Positions 19,606 to 29,730 of a DNA stretch of 64,000 nucleotides are shown here, piece by piece. This stretch comes from Candidatus Hecatella orcuttiae. GTDB lineage: Archaea; Thermoproteota; Bathyarchaeia; Hecatellales; Hecatellaceae. A program made the translations under genes and the position numbers. The notes beneath the pieces were generated by a model. That model was not told the origin of the DNA. It did not search any database and was given only the letters and a program-made list of their open reading frames with translations. The number at the start of each line of letters is the position of its first letter. Within the stretch, counting starts at the first letter, position 1. The stretch is from positions 416,001-480,000 of the forward strand of contig MTLY02000003.1 of assembly GCA_002011035.2 (NCBI GenBank), read 5' to 3'.

Positions 19606-22367
19606 CCGTGTCTGACCTCCAGTTGCTTGCGGATGATGCTCTCCAACTTCTCCAAAACATGGGGGATGAGCTCAGGCTTCGAGCTTCCTCCCTGTCCGAG
19701 GTAGGGTTTTCCCCCACCGCTTCCCTCAGCCTCCAAACCTAAGGCTGCTGCTGTTTTACCTGCATCAACTCCAGCTTCGACGGCTTTACTTCCGGCCATG
19801 ACCACGAACCGCGCCGCTTTGTTCTGAACCGAGGCAAGAGCTGCCACCAGTGTGGGTTCGGTTTTAACCAATTCTGAGCTTGTTTTAATCATCTCTTCTA
19901 CGGTCATTTCCGGGGCGAAAAAGTGAACAGCCTTGATTTTTCCAACATCTACAGCTTTGGGGAGAAGCAGAGAAGCCGTCAGTTTCGCCAGCCGCCCTTG
20001 GAGCTTTTCTATCTCCTTTCGGCTTTCTTTTCCCGCAGTCAGGAGGTTTCCCACGGCTTTTTCTAAACCCTCCACAGGGCTCTCTGTCAGTTCGGCTATT
20101 CTTCTCACCATGGAGGCTTCTCTTTGAACCTGTTGAAGGGCTGGGATTCCGGCTGCGAAGATGATTCTCTCCACCCCGTCTTGGATTCTCTCGGTTTTAA
20201 GTATCTTTATGAGGCCGATTTCCCCTGTGGTTTTACAGTGGGTCCCCGCGCAGGCCTCAGCGTCCAAGTTACCCACTTTCAGTATTCTTATTTCCTTCCC
20301 AGGGACGACTCCTCCTTGGTAGATTTTGAACCCGTATCGGGCTTCAGCTTTCTCCCTCGGAAGCCAAGCTGTTTCAACCTTCAGGTTATCCATAACCGCC
20401 CGGTTAGCCAGCTTCTCCAAGCAGTCCACCTGCTGGGCGGTGAGCCCTGCGTAGTGGGATATGTCCAGCCTAGCTTTGTCCACGTCCTTCATAGCCCCAG
20501 ACTGCCAGATATGCTCCCCCAAGATTTTTCGGGCTGTGCCCAAGATGATATGGGTGGCGGTGTGATGCCTCATCAAGTTAACCCGTCTATCCCAGTCTAT
20601 CTCCCCCCGAACCACGGTCTTGGGAGGGGGAGTGTTCCCTTTCACTTGGTGGAGGATCACACCGCCGATTTTCTGAACGTTCACCACCTCCACCTCGCCG
20701 CCTTTCCACCGTAGGTTTCCACGGTCGGCCAGCTGGCCTCCGCCTTCAGGATAAAAGGCTGTCTTATCCAAAATGACGTATTGCCGGTTGAAGACAGCCA
20801 AAACCCGGGCTTCAAACTCTCGAAGATACGAATTCTGGTAGTAGAGGGGAAGGGTTTCCGGAAGAGTTTTAACTTCCTCCTCCATCTTTTCCGGCCACTT
20901 TTTCTCAGCTTGAACCTTAGGAGCGCTCTCGTGGAGGCGGGCTATCTGTCCATAGAAGTCCTTGGGAATGAACACTTGAACACCTGCCTTCTCAGCGATC
21001 TGAGCCACATAATCAGGGGTCAGCCCGTGGGAGTCGTAGAGTTTCAAAAGAGCGTCTCCTGAGAGGCGGGCGGCTTTTTTAGCTTTCTCCTCAGCCACCA
21101 ATCTTCTAACCAAGACTTCTCCCCGCTTCAAGGTTTCCCTGTACTTGGCTTCTTCAACTCTCGCCATGTCGTAAATTACCTCCGCTCTCTCGCGGTATTC
21201 GCGGTAGTCTTGAGCTATCTCCTCCAGCTGAAGCCTCAGAACCTCCTCTAAGGAAACTGTCATCTCAAGGTTCGCCAAAATCCTCAGGATTTTTCTGATG
21301 AGCAAGCGGGCGAGGTAGCCGGCTTGAACGTTGGAGGGAACGATTCCGTCTCCCAGCATGAAAACTAAAGTTTTGGCGAAATCGGCTATAGCGTAGAAAG
21401 CCCCCGCCAAGTTTAATGTTCTTTCAAACTCCTCCAGCGTTATGCCGAATTTTTCCGCCGTTTGAGCTTTCAGGGAGCTGAGGTTTGTTTCTTCAAAGTT
21501 AAGCGTCCCTCTCAGTTTAAAAAACTCCGCCAAGATGGCTTTTTCAGGCGGCTTCAAGCCTCCCAACGTGTAGAGCTTCTGGATGACGGTGGGGAAGGCG
21601 GCGTCGTACACTGTGGGAGCTCCTAGGCTCAGCCAGACGATTCTCTCCAGCCCGTAGCCTGTGTCCACGGTCTGGTTTGGAGAAGGAATAAGCTGGCTGT
21701 CCGAGGTTTTGTAGTGCATGAAGACGAGGGTAGCCACCTCTATTCCGTCCACGACTACCTCCAAGTCTTCACCTGCATTGCCTCCTCCCGTCCACATGTC
21801 TTCGACAAAGTTGATCTTCTCCGTGTTGATCCCCATCTCCCGGGTGAAGAACTCGTAGCAGTACCGGGCTGTTTCATCATTCCAGTAGATTCGTCTTTCC
21901 GGGGTGTTGAAAGCGTGGTGGGCCATCATCTCGAAGCTGGTCAGATGCCTCCCCGACTTACCCACGAGGTCCATGTCCGTGAACCTCACGCAAGGCTGGG
22001 ATATGACCAAGGGGTTGGCGGGCGGAGGCATCAAACCTTCGGTAACCCAAGGTTGAAAATCGTAGATGGAGGCGCCTACAAAGTAGACATCGTCCCTCCA
22101 CCTAGCCACCACAGGATACTTGGACACCCTCCGGTGGCCGCGGTGTTCGAAGAAGGATAGAAATTTCTCCCTAGCCTCAGTTAGGCTGTAGCTTTTCTTG
22201 GTGGCAGGCCTTCCTATGAAGGCGTAGCTGACGCAAGGTTGGTCTCCGCAGTAGGCTCCTTCAGGGTCTAGGGTCCAAAAATGCCGGCCGCAGGAACGGC
22301 ATTTCCTCCTAACATGACCTTCCTCCCTGAAGAGGTCAACCTCGTAAATGGTGGGAAAGATTTGCAA
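19602..22367 (-). CDS. alaS: Alanine-tRNA ligase (archaeal type)
   Basis: PVVARWRDD, FEMMAHHAFN, DTGYGLER, HHTATH, CAGTH, GSGGG. Confidence 0.97.
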   Translation of the reverse strand: MQIFPTIYEVDLFREEGHVRRKCRSCGRHFWTLDPEGAYCGDQPCVSYAFIGRPATKKSYSLTEAREKFLSFFEHRGHRRVSKYPVVARWRDDVYFVGASIYDFQPWVTEGLMPPPANPLVISQPCVRFTDMDLVGKSGRHLTSFEMMAHHAFNTPERRIYWNDETARYCYEFFTREMGINTEKINFVEDMWTGGGNAGEDLEVVVDGIEVATLVFMHYKTSDSQLIPSPNQTVDTGYGLERIVWLSLGAPTVYDAAFPTVIQKLYTLGGLKPPEKAILAEFFKLRGTLNFEETNLSSLKAQTAEKFGITLEEFERTLNLAGAFYAIADFAKTLVFMLGDGIVPSNVQAGYLARLLIRKILRILANLEMTVSLEEVLRLQLEEIAQDYREYRERAEVIYDMARVEEAKYRETLKRGEVLVRRLVAEEKAKKAARLSGDALLKLYDSHGLTPDYVAQIAEKAGVQVFIPKDFYGQIARLHESAPKVQAEKKWPEKMEEEVKTLPETLPLYYQNSYLREFEARVLAVFNRQYVILDKTAFYPEGGGQLADRGNLRWKGGEVEVVNVQKIGGVILHQVKGNTPPPKTVVRGEIDWDRRVNLMRHHTATHIILGTARKILGEHIWQSGAMKDVDKARLDISHYAGLTAQQVDCLEKLANRAVMDNLKVETAWLPREKAEARYGFKIYQGGVVPGKEIRILKVGNLDAEACAGTHCKTTGEIGLIKILKTERIQDGVERIIFAAGIPALQQVQREASMVRRIAELTESPVEGLEKAVGNLLTAGKESRKEIEKLQGRLAKLTASLLLPKAVDVGKIKAVHFFAPEMTVEEMIKTSSELVKTEPTLVAALASVQNKAARFVVMAGSKAVEAGVDAGKTAAALGLEAEGSGGGKPYLGQGGSSKPELIPHVLEKLESIIRKQLEVRHG

Positions 22368-22411
22368 CCTCCCAGTTGACGGTGTTTTCTCTCGCTTTTA
22401 ATAAACTCCTC

Positions 22412-23533
22412 TCAGGTTTTTAGAAATATGGTGGAAGCCGTTAGATAAATGTTAGCCGCCTCAACTACCGAGGGAAGTTCAACATACTCGTTGGCTCCAT
22501 GTTCGTTTCCCCCTCTTGGTCCTAGGGTCACGGTCGGAATCCCCGCTCTGCCTACTAAGTAGTTTTCGTCGCCAACAGAAAGACCTATTCTCTTCCGGGG
22601 AATCTTGCCTCTGACCCTCAAACAGGCTTGCTCCACAGCTTGAAGGATGGGTTCGTTTTCCCCTATCCTGTAAGGTTTCATGTAGGGAGTCGGCCTCTTG
22701 AACAGTTTAACTTGAAACCTCGCTCGAAGGTGAAGGTTTTCGATGAAGGTTCTCACCTGGCTTAAAGCTTCTTCCACCTTCTCATCCACTCCTAGATGGC
22801 GGTCTAAAACCAACTTGCAAGAGTCAGGAACAGTCAAAAAATCAGTTCCGCCGTTTACGGATAAAACGGAAACCGACCCCCCCGCATCTAAAGGCAGCTT
22901 ATCTAGAGCGAGGATAAGCTTCGCCGCCTCCCTCACAGCGTTAGACGCATGTCTTTTATCCAACAGAGCTGCGTGAGCCGAGGAACCTTGAATTGAAATG
23001 TCGTAAACAACTCGGCCTCTCCGAGCGATGTCCATGAAGTCAAGCCCTGTAGGCTCAGCGGAAACAGCGGCCTGAACGCCTTTAAGTTTTCGAAGGCGAA
23101 TGAGAGTGTCGCATCCTCTGGAGTAAAGCTCCTCATCGCTGACGAGGGCGACGGTTAGGTTTCCCTTGAAATCAGCCTCAGCCAAGCGGCCGGCTGCCAA
23201 AAGGATGGCCGCGACTCCCGCCTTCATGTCGCAGGCTCCCAGCCCATAGACCCGGCTTCCCTCAACCACAGGTTTGAAAGGGGAACACCGCCAACCTTTC
23301 GTAGGCTCCACGGTGTCCAAGTGGCCGTAGAGCAGCAGCCCGCCTTCTCGGAAGCCTCCTCTAAAGGAGGCTAGAATGCTGGGGCCGCAGCCTGGGACCT
23401 CCACGGTTTCTATTTTGAGGCCGTAGTCGGAGAGAAAATCCGAGACATACGCAGCTATCTCATGCTCGTTACCGGTTACACTGGGGATTGAAATGAGTTT
23501 CCCGAGAAGAGGCTTAACTTGGCTTAGTTTCAC
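22412..23533 (-). CDS. M20 metallopeptidase (ArgE/DapE family)
   Basis: GHLDTV, GACDMKAG, SDEE, AEPT, EHGANE. Confidence 0.88.
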   Translation of the reverse strand: MKLSQVKPLLGKLISIPSVTGNEHEIAAYVSDFLSDYGLKIETVEVPGCGPSILASFRGGFREGGLLLYGHLDTVEPTKGWRCSPFKPVVEGSRVYGLGACDMKAGVAAILLAAGRLAEADFKGNLTVALVSDEELYSRGCDTLIRLRKLKGVQAAVSAEPTGLDFMDIARRGRVVYDISIQGSSAHAALLDKRHASNAVREAAKLILALDKLPLDAGGSVSVLSVNGGTDFLTVPDSCKLVLDRHLGVDEKVEEALSQVRTFIENLHLRARFQVKLFKRPTPYMKPYRIGENEPILQAVEQACLRVRGKIPRKRIGLSVGDENYLVGRAGIPTVTLGPRGGNEHGANEYVELPSVVEAANIYLTASTIFLKT

Positions 23534-23573
23534 AGGGGTAGGAGTCCGCGTAGCTGTAAACCTCGGAAACAGG

Positions 23574-24191
23574 CTACTTTAACTCAACAGCCTCCTCTTT
23601 CATACCCTCGCCGGTGATGATAAGGAAGTCAGCTCCGTCGCCGCTTTGAATATCCCGCGCCGTCGCCACTTTGATGCTTCGGATGACAAGTTCCTTAGCT
23701 TCCTCGAGGGTCATGTCCTCCCGGTAACTGGACTCTAAAACACCTGTGGCGATTTCCGCCCCGGAGCCCACGCAAGCATATTTGTCTGGAATGAGGGAGC
23801 CCAAGGGGTCGAGGACGACGATTCGACGGCCTTCGTCGTCAACACCGCCGATGATAGTCTGGGTCAGCAAGGGGAAAAGCCTCCTTTCAAAAAGAATATT
23901 GGCCATGACTTTAGCCACAGCATTAACTGAGGCCGCCCGCCGGGTTTCCATGGTATGGAGGGACGCGTAGGCGGCGACTTCCTTGGCTAACATCTGCATG
24001 TCAGCCACCATCCCAGCGCAGGCTGCGCCTATCTTGTCGGTTAGCTTGAAGACCTTCTTCCCAGCCTTACTCAGGACTAGGTAGCCGTAGGCAACCCTCT
24101 TCTCCGCCGCGAGGATGACACCTTCCTTACAGACCACTCCCACGGTGGTTGCCCCGGGGATGAAGGGATATTCATGGGCCAAAGAGTACAC
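23574..24191 (-). CDS. psmB: Proteasome subunit beta
   Basis: GATTVGV, LAAEKR, AGMVADMQ, DPLGS, GSG, RDIQSGDG. Confidence 0.92.
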   Translation of the reverse strand: MYSLAHEYPFIPGATTVGVVCKEGVILAAEKRVAYGYLVLSKAGKKVFKLTDKIGAACAGMVADMQMLAKEVAAYASLHTMETRRAASVNAVAKVMANILFERRLFPLLTQTIIGGVDDEGRRIVVLDPLGSLIPDKYACVGSGAEIATGVLESSYREDMTLEEAKELVIRSIKVATARDIQSGDGADFLIITGEGMKEEAVELK

Positions 24192-24435
24192 CTCAAAACT
24201 GTTTGAGTTATTAACCGCTCTCTTATAAATGTATAACGAAAAATAACCTTCTCCCCTCCTTGAATTCCAACGGTGGGGCAGGAGGATGCAAGCTTCAGGG
24301 CAGTTCCCCTTTTGAAGCGAAAGCTTCCTAGCCGGCCTTCCATGTCCTCGCTCAGGGCGAGAGGCTTTAGGTTTGAGGGAAAGGCATATACGTAGAAAAT
24401 CGGGATAATCCCTTCACACAGCCACGGGAACAGGG

Positions 24436-25593
24436 ATGAGAATCGTTCAGGTTAGGCAGAAGTTTCCGTTGGACGGTGGTGTGGAGGTTCACGTTTACCA
24501 TCTATGCAAAAAGCTGGTGGAGAGAGGGCATGACGTAACGGTTTTCGCCTCCGACCGGGACCTATTCTGGAGGCGGTCGTACAGCTGCGGCCTTCAACAC
24601 ATAGACGGCATCAAAGTTCGTAGATTCAGAGCTTGGGGAAAAGTCTTCAGAAACCTCCTCATCCCATCCATGTTCCGGGCTCTGATGAATGGGGACTTTG
24701 ACATCGTCCACGCTCACGGGCACTTCTACAACACCACGGAGATGGCGGCCCTCGCCAGCAAACTAAGCGGTAAACCCCTAGTTATCACCCCCCATTTTCA
24801 GCCCTACTGGGCCTACTTGGACAGGAAAGAGCGTCTAGCCCGCATGCTTTACGAGAGGTCCGTGGCACGGCCGGTGTTTCAGGCTGCCAAGAAAATCGTA
24901 GCGGTCTCTCCCTACACGAAAACCTATCTGGTCGAAAACTTCGGTGTCAAAGAGGAAAAAGTCCACGTGGTCCCTAACGGCCTTGACCTTTCAAGATTCA
25001 CGAACCTACCTGATGGCTGGGAGTTTAGGGAAAGATTCGGAATAAGCGGTCTGATGGTGCTGTTTGTGGGGCATCTTTCCCAGAGGAAAGGAGTCCGATA
25101 TCTGGTTCAGGCTATACCTCAGGTGCTGAAATCCATCCCCGACGCTGTGTTCGTCTTCGTCGGAGTTGACCGCGGAGAAAAGAGTCTTCTAGAATCTCTG
25201 ATCAAACAGTTTGGAGTCGACTCGCATGTGGTTTTCACAGGCTACATGCCCGACGAGGAGCTTACCTCAGCTTACGCCGCCGCCGACCTGTTTGTTCTTC
25301 CCTCCCTCTTCGAAGCCTTCGGCATCACTCTTTTGGAGGCCATGGCCTGCGGTTTACCCATCGTGGCGACGAAGGTCGGAGGTATCCCTCACGTCGTCCT
25401 TGACGGGCAGACGGGGCTTCTTGTCGAAGCTGGGGACGCCTCCCAGCTTGCAGACGCTTTGGTCACTCTGCTTTCGGACAGGGCGTTGGCCAAAAAGATG
25501 GGAGAGCTGGGTAGGAAGGTTGCGCAGGAATACGGCTGGAACACTGTTTGTGATAAAATCTTGAAGGTCTATGATAAGGCTCTATCAGCTTAA
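24436..25593 (+). CDS. Glycosyltransferase family 4
   Basis: GGVE, DIVHAH, VVPNGLD, LFVG...RKG, EAFGITLLEAMACG. Confidence 0.9.
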   Translation: MRIVQVRQKFPLDGGVEVHVYHLCKKLVERGHDVTVFASDRDLFWRRSYSCGLQHIDGIKVRRFRAWGKVFRNLLIPSMFRALMNGDFDIVHAHGHFYNTTEMAALASKLSGKPLVITPHFQPYWAYLDRKERLARMLYERSVARPVFQAAKKIVAVSPYTKTYLVENFGVKEEKVHVVPNGLDLSRFTNLPDGWEFRERFGISGLMVLFVGHLSQRKGVRYLVQAIPQVLKSIPDAVFVFVGVDRGEKSLLESLIKQFGVDSHVVFTGYMPDEELTSAYAAADLFVLPSLFEAFGITLLEAMACGLPIVATKVGGIPHVVLDGQTGLLVEAGDASQLADALVTLLSDRALAKKMGELGRKVAQEYGWNTVCDKILKVYDKALSA

Positions 25594-25624
25594 TCGCCAA
25601 AAAAAGGAGTTCGGTTAGATAGCT

Positions 25625-26170
25625 TTAATGTTCGTGGGGAACCAGTTCCTGCCGCTCTTCCTGCGTTATGAAGTAGATGTGCACGTCGTAATGGGGTTCT
25701 TCGAAACCGGGGTGGCCTTGGGGCAGAAACTCCACTGTTACATGGTCCACGTAGGTTTTCAACTCAGGCAAACCGAGCGCCAAGAAAGTCTCTTCCCCCT
25801 CGGGGCTTGGGATAGTTAGCTCTTGCATCATTTCTTGGGTGAACATGAACTCAACCCCTATGACTTCCTCATCGTGGACAAGGTAGATGGGTCCTAAGGG
25901 TAAGTCTTGAGGCCTAGCCCAATGCTCCCCCATCATAGGTACGAGTTCTGATAACTTCACAGCATCCTCAGGCAGTTTAGGAGCCGCTGTTTTCGCCAGC
26001 AAATCTTCCAGTTGCTGTTGAGCTCTTGCCAGGTCGTCTTGAGCCACATTCAGCTCTGACTGTAAGCCGGTAACTTGCGGTAAAGTAATCAGATACCCAG
26101 CAGCGATGCCGACAATTAGGCCTACGACCAATAAGACTGCTGATATTTTTCCGGTAGTCATTTTTTTCAC
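25625..26170 (-). CDS. Membrane-anchored TTHB210/DUF5602-like His/Met-rich protein
   Basis: N-terminal TM and short coiled coil, then VPMMGEHW, LPLGPIY, VDHV...GHPGFEEPHYDVHIY, ends PHEH. Confidence 0.6.
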   Translation of the reverse strand: MKKMTTGKISAVLLVVGLIVGIAAGYLITLPQVTGLQSELNVAQDDLARAQQQLEDLLAKTAAPKLPEDAVKLSELVPMMGEHWARPQDLPLGPIYLVHDEEVIGVEFMFTQEMMQELTIPSPEGEETFLALGLPELKTYVDHVTVEFLPQGHPGFEEPHYDVHIYFITQEERQELVPHEH

Positions 26171-26190
26171 CGAGTTGCTGCCCTTTGTTG

Positions 26191-26237
26191 ATGTATAAAT
26201 TTATTATAAATCTATTATATATTATATTTAAACTTTT
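26191..26237 (-). promoter_or_regulatory. BRE-TATA followed by three 11-bp direct repeats (candidate operator)
   Basis: Minus strand reads AAAAG TTTAAATA T AATATATAATA GATTTATAATA AATTTATACAT. Confidence 0.55.
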
Positions 26238-26378
26238 AAAAATGAACCTACAGTCCACTTCCCCGATTATAGCGATTAGGTCTTCCGCCCTCAATCCTAA
26301 TCCCACGATGTCAATAAATAAGTTGCAGAGAGTAGTTTCTTCAAGGTTTGAGTGGGTGAAGTTGGAGGCAGCGCGGCC

Positions 26379-27461
26379 ATGACCTATCACGGTGAGCCTT
26401 CAAAGGAGAGAATCCTCGAAGTCTTGGAAAAGGTCCTAGATCCCGAGCTGGGTGTAAGCATTGTCAAGATGAACATGGTCAAGGATGTGAAAATTGAAAA
26501 CGGCTTGGTGGAAATAACCCTCGCTCTCACCGTCTCTGGATGCCCCATGGTGGCCACCATCCGAACCAGCGTGGAAGAAGCCGTGCGGAAGGTGGAGGGA
26601 GTAAAAGCCGTTCGAGTTAACTTTGTGACCATGACCGAGGAGGAACGTAGAAAAGTTCTGCCCCCCGGATTCATCCCCGACCGAAGGCTGAAGCTTTTGA
26701 AACTGCCAAAAGGGGAGATCCGCCGCATGGTAGCCATAGCCTCGGGGAAAGGCGGCGTTGGAAAATCTTCACTCACAGCTCTTTTAGCTGTGGAGCTGAA
26801 AAGAGCAGGCTTGGAGGTAGGCATCCTAGACGGAGACCTCACAGGCCCCAGCATAGCTAAGGTCTTCGGCGTCGCAAGAGCGGAGGTCAATCCTTCGGGC
26901 ATTCGCCCCGCCCTCACCAGGTCTGGGATAAAGATCATTTCCATGAATCTTCTCTTGGGGGACGAGGAATTGCCTGTGATCTGGAGGGGGCCCCTCATCC
27001 ACAATGCCCTCCGCCAGCTCTACACCAACGTCCTGTGGGGAAGCTTGGACTACTTGTTGGTGGACCTTCCCCCGGGCACCAGCGACGCCCCCCTCACCGT
27101 GTTCCAGTCGCTTCCCCTCGACGGTGTGGTGGTGATTACAACCCCCCAAGACCTAGCTAGGATGGTGGTCATGAAGGCTGTCAACATGGCTAGGGGGCTG
27201 AGAGTTCCTCTTCTAGGAGTAGTGGAAAACATGGGCTACCTTCGCTGCCCTAAATGCGGAGAGAAAATCGAACTCTACGGGCCTTCTCACGCCCAAGACT
27301 TCGCCCGCACTGCCGCCGTGCCTTTCCTGGGAGCCCTGCCCTTGGACCCTGAGCTTTCCCTCCTCTGCGACCAAGGCCGAATAGAGGACTACCGAAACCC
27401 CGCCCTCATAGAAATAGTCAAGGCTATGACTTCGAGGATTAACCGGTATGTGGCAGGCTGA
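26379..27461 (+). CDS. mrp: Mrp/NBP35 (ApbC) Fe-S carrier ATPase with N-terminal DUF59
   Basis: VLDPELGVSIV, GCP, SGKGGVGKS, IWRGP, DLPPGTSD, ENM..CPKCG. Confidence 0.92.
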   Translation: MTYHGEPSKERILEVLEKVLDPELGVSIVKMNMVKDVKIENGLVEITLALTVSGCPMVATIRTSVEEAVRKVEGVKAVRVNFVTMTEEERRKVLPPGFIPDRRLKLLKLPKGEIRRMVAIASGKGGVGKSSLTALLAVELKRAGLEVGILDGDLTGPSIAKVFGVARAEVNPSGIRPALTRSGIKIISMNLLLGDEELPVIWRGPLIHNALRQLYTNVLWGSLDYLLVDLPPGTSDAPLTVFQSLPLDGVVVITTPQDLARMVVMKAVNMARGLRVPLLGVVENMGYLRCPKCGEKIELYGPSHAQDFARTAAVPFLGALPLDPELSLLCDQGRIEDYRNPALIEIVKAMTSRINRYVAG

Positions 27462-27469
27462 ACCTGAGA

Positions 27470-29581
27470 CTAGTGAGGGCAGTTGTCGGTGGGGCATCCG
27501 CCTGCAAACTCCGACTCCACCGTGACAGGTTCTTCAAGGTAAGGTTTCACTTCCAAGGGGCGAAGGCTGAGAACCTGCTCCCTTTTGCTCCCGTAACGGT
27601 AGACGGTGATGCCCTTGCATTTCAGCCTATAGGCCAGCAGAAAGGCTTTTCTCACCTCTTCCACGGAGGCCTCCGCGGGGAGGTTGATGGTTTTGGAGAC
27701 GGCGTTGTCCACGTGCTTCTGGAAGGCGGCCTGCATGCGCACATGCCACTCGGGGTCGATGTCCAAAGCCGTCACAAAAAGCCTCCGCACATCCTCCGGA
27801 ACCTCCCCCAACCCCCTCAAAGAACCTTTCTTGGCTAGGTTCATCATCAGTTCTCGGCTGTAGAATCCTCTGCGACGAGCTGTCTCCTCGAAGAGGCGGT
27901 TCACCTCCAAAAGCTTGGTTCCGCTCATGACGTTGCGGACGTAGGATATGGCGAAGAGAGGTTCGATGCCGCTGGACACCCCGGCGATGATGCTGATGGT
28001 TCCCGTGGGGGCGATGGTGGTGAGGGTGGCGTTGCGGAGGGCTTTAAATCCCCTCCCAGCCCAAAGGCTTCCTTCGAAATTTGGGAAAGAACCTCTCTCC
28101 TCCGCCAACTCCACCGACTTCTGACGGGCTTCTCGGGATATAAAACTCATGAGCCTTTCCCCCAGCCTCAAAGCTTCCTCGGAGTCGTAGGCAACCCCCA
28201 GTCTGATGAGCGCCTCAGCCCAGCCCATGATACCTAAGCCGATTTTCCTGTTGCCCTTGGTTATCTCTTCAATTTGGGGTAGAGGATACTTATTCACGTC
28301 GATGACATCGTCCAAAAATTGTACGGCAAGCCTCACAGTCTCCCTCAGCCTATCCCAGTCGAAGTCACCGTTTTCCACCATCCTGTCCACGTTGATGGAC
28401 CCTAGGTTGCAAGACTCGAAAGGCAGCAAAGGCTGCTCGCCGCAGGGATTGGTGCTTTCAATGGGTCCCAGCTGAGGTGTGGGATTATGCCTGTTGATCT
28501 CGTCGATGAAGACCAAGCCTGGGTCTCCGGTTTTCCAAGCCATGTCTCCCATGAGGTCGAAGACAGCCTTAGCCCTCACCCTTTTCGTTTCTTCCCCGTT
28601 CCGGGGGTTGATGAGGCTGTAGTCTTCATCCTTCTCCACAGCCTCCATGAACCTGTCGTCCACGGCCACGGAGATGTTGAAGTTCTCCAGAAAACCCTCT
28701 CGGCTTTTGGCGGTGATAAACTCCAAGATGTCAGGGTGGCTGACGTGGAGAATGCCCATGTTGGCCCCTCTCCGCCGTCCCCCCTGCTTGATGACATCGG
28801 TGGACACGTCGAAAATCCGCATGAAGGACAGAGGCCCGGAGGCTATCCCCATGGTGGACTGAACCACGTCGCCCGCAGGCCTCAGCTTGGAAAAGGAGAA
28901 ACCTGTGCCTCCCCCTGACTTGTGGATTAACGCCATGTACTTGACAGCGTTGAAGATGCCCTCCATGGAGTCTTCCACGGGGATGACGAAGCATGCTGAA
29001 AGCTGACCCACCTCTGTGCCGGCGTTCATCAGCGTGGGAGAGTTGGGGAGAAACTCCAACCCCGCCATCATCTTGTAGAAGCTGTTCTCAAGCTTCTCCA
29101 TTTCTTCAGCGGTTTTTTTGTAGCCTAGCTCCGCGGAGGCTATGGCCTTGGCCACTCTTCTGAACATCTGACTGGGGGTTTCAGCCACGTTTCCTCTCCT
29201 GTCTTTGAGAAGATACCTCCTTCTCAAGACAGCGACAGCGTTGACGCTGAGCTTCAAATCGTCGGTGACGCCCAGAAACTTCTTGCTCTCCCTAACCTCC
29301 GCTCTCTTCTGCCGGTATAGAATGTAGGCTTTAGCCACCTCGGTCAAGCCTTCTTTCATCAGAGCTGACTCCACCAAGTCTTGGATGTCCTCCACGGAGG
29401 GTATGTGTCCCTCGTCGAAGCGGGATTCCGCATCGGTTAAAACTCGCTGTGTTATCCTTTCCACAGCAGCCTCGTCGCCTTTGCCCGTGGCGGCCATGGC
29501 CCTGTAAATGGCGCGGGTTATCTTGGCCGGGTTAAAGTCTTCCAAACGGCCGTCCCTTTTCCGGATGAACCTCACCTTCAT
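27470..29581 (-). CDS. nrdJ: Adenosylcobalamin-dependent (class II) ribonucleotide reductase with ATP cone
   Basis: IRKRDG ATP cone, PNSPTLMNAG, SACF, QGGRRRGANM, TNPCGEQPL, CNLGS, IAPTGTIS; no intein seen. Confidence 0.93.
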   Translation of the reverse strand: MKVRFIRKRDGRLEDFNPAKITRAIYRAMAATGKGDEAAVERITQRVLTDAESRFDEGHIPSVEDIQDLVESALMKEGLTEVAKAYILYRQKRAEVRESKKFLGVTDDLKLSVNAVAVLRRRYLLKDRRGNVAETPSQMFRRVAKAIASAELGYKKTAEEMEKLENSFYKMMAGLEFLPNSPTLMNAGTEVGQLSACFVIPVEDSMEGIFNAVKYMALIHKSGGGTGFSFSKLRPAGDVVQSTMGIASGPLSFMRIFDVSTDVIKQGGRRRGANMGILHVSHPDILEFITAKSREGFLENFNISVAVDDRFMEAVEKDEDYSLINPRNGEETKRVRAKAVFDLMGDMAWKTGDPGLVFIDEINRHNPTPQLGPIESTNPCGEQPLLPFESCNLGSINVDRMVENGDFDWDRLRETVRLAVQFLDDVIDVNKYPLPQIEEITKGNRKIGLGIMGWAEALIRLGVAYDSEEALRLGERLMSFISREARQKSVELAEERGSFPNFEGSLWAGRGFKALRNATLTTIAPTGTISIIAGVSSGIEPLFAISYVRNVMSGTKLLEVNRLFEETARRRGFYSRELMMNLAKKGSLRGLGEVPEDVRRLFVTALDIDPEWHVRMQAAFQKHVDNAVSKTINLPAEASVEEVRKAFLLAYRLKCKGITVYRYGSKREQVLSLRPLEVKPYLEEPVTVESEFAGGCPTDNCPH

Positions 29582-29730
29582 GAAAAACAACCTCAAGGAG
29601 GCTTAACTTTGGGGCTCTCCCCCTATAGTTAAATTTGCACTGGTGATTGAAAAACTTGGGGAATGTTTTCAACAAAGCATAAATGGGCTGCTAACTTAAT
29701 CAACATAAGTTTTGGAAGAGGGATCTTTCG

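Noticed and set aside
24250-24370. GC-rich hairpins between psmB and the GT4 gene as a possible ncRNA
   Set aside because: Short imperfect stems with no recognisable RNA family motif.
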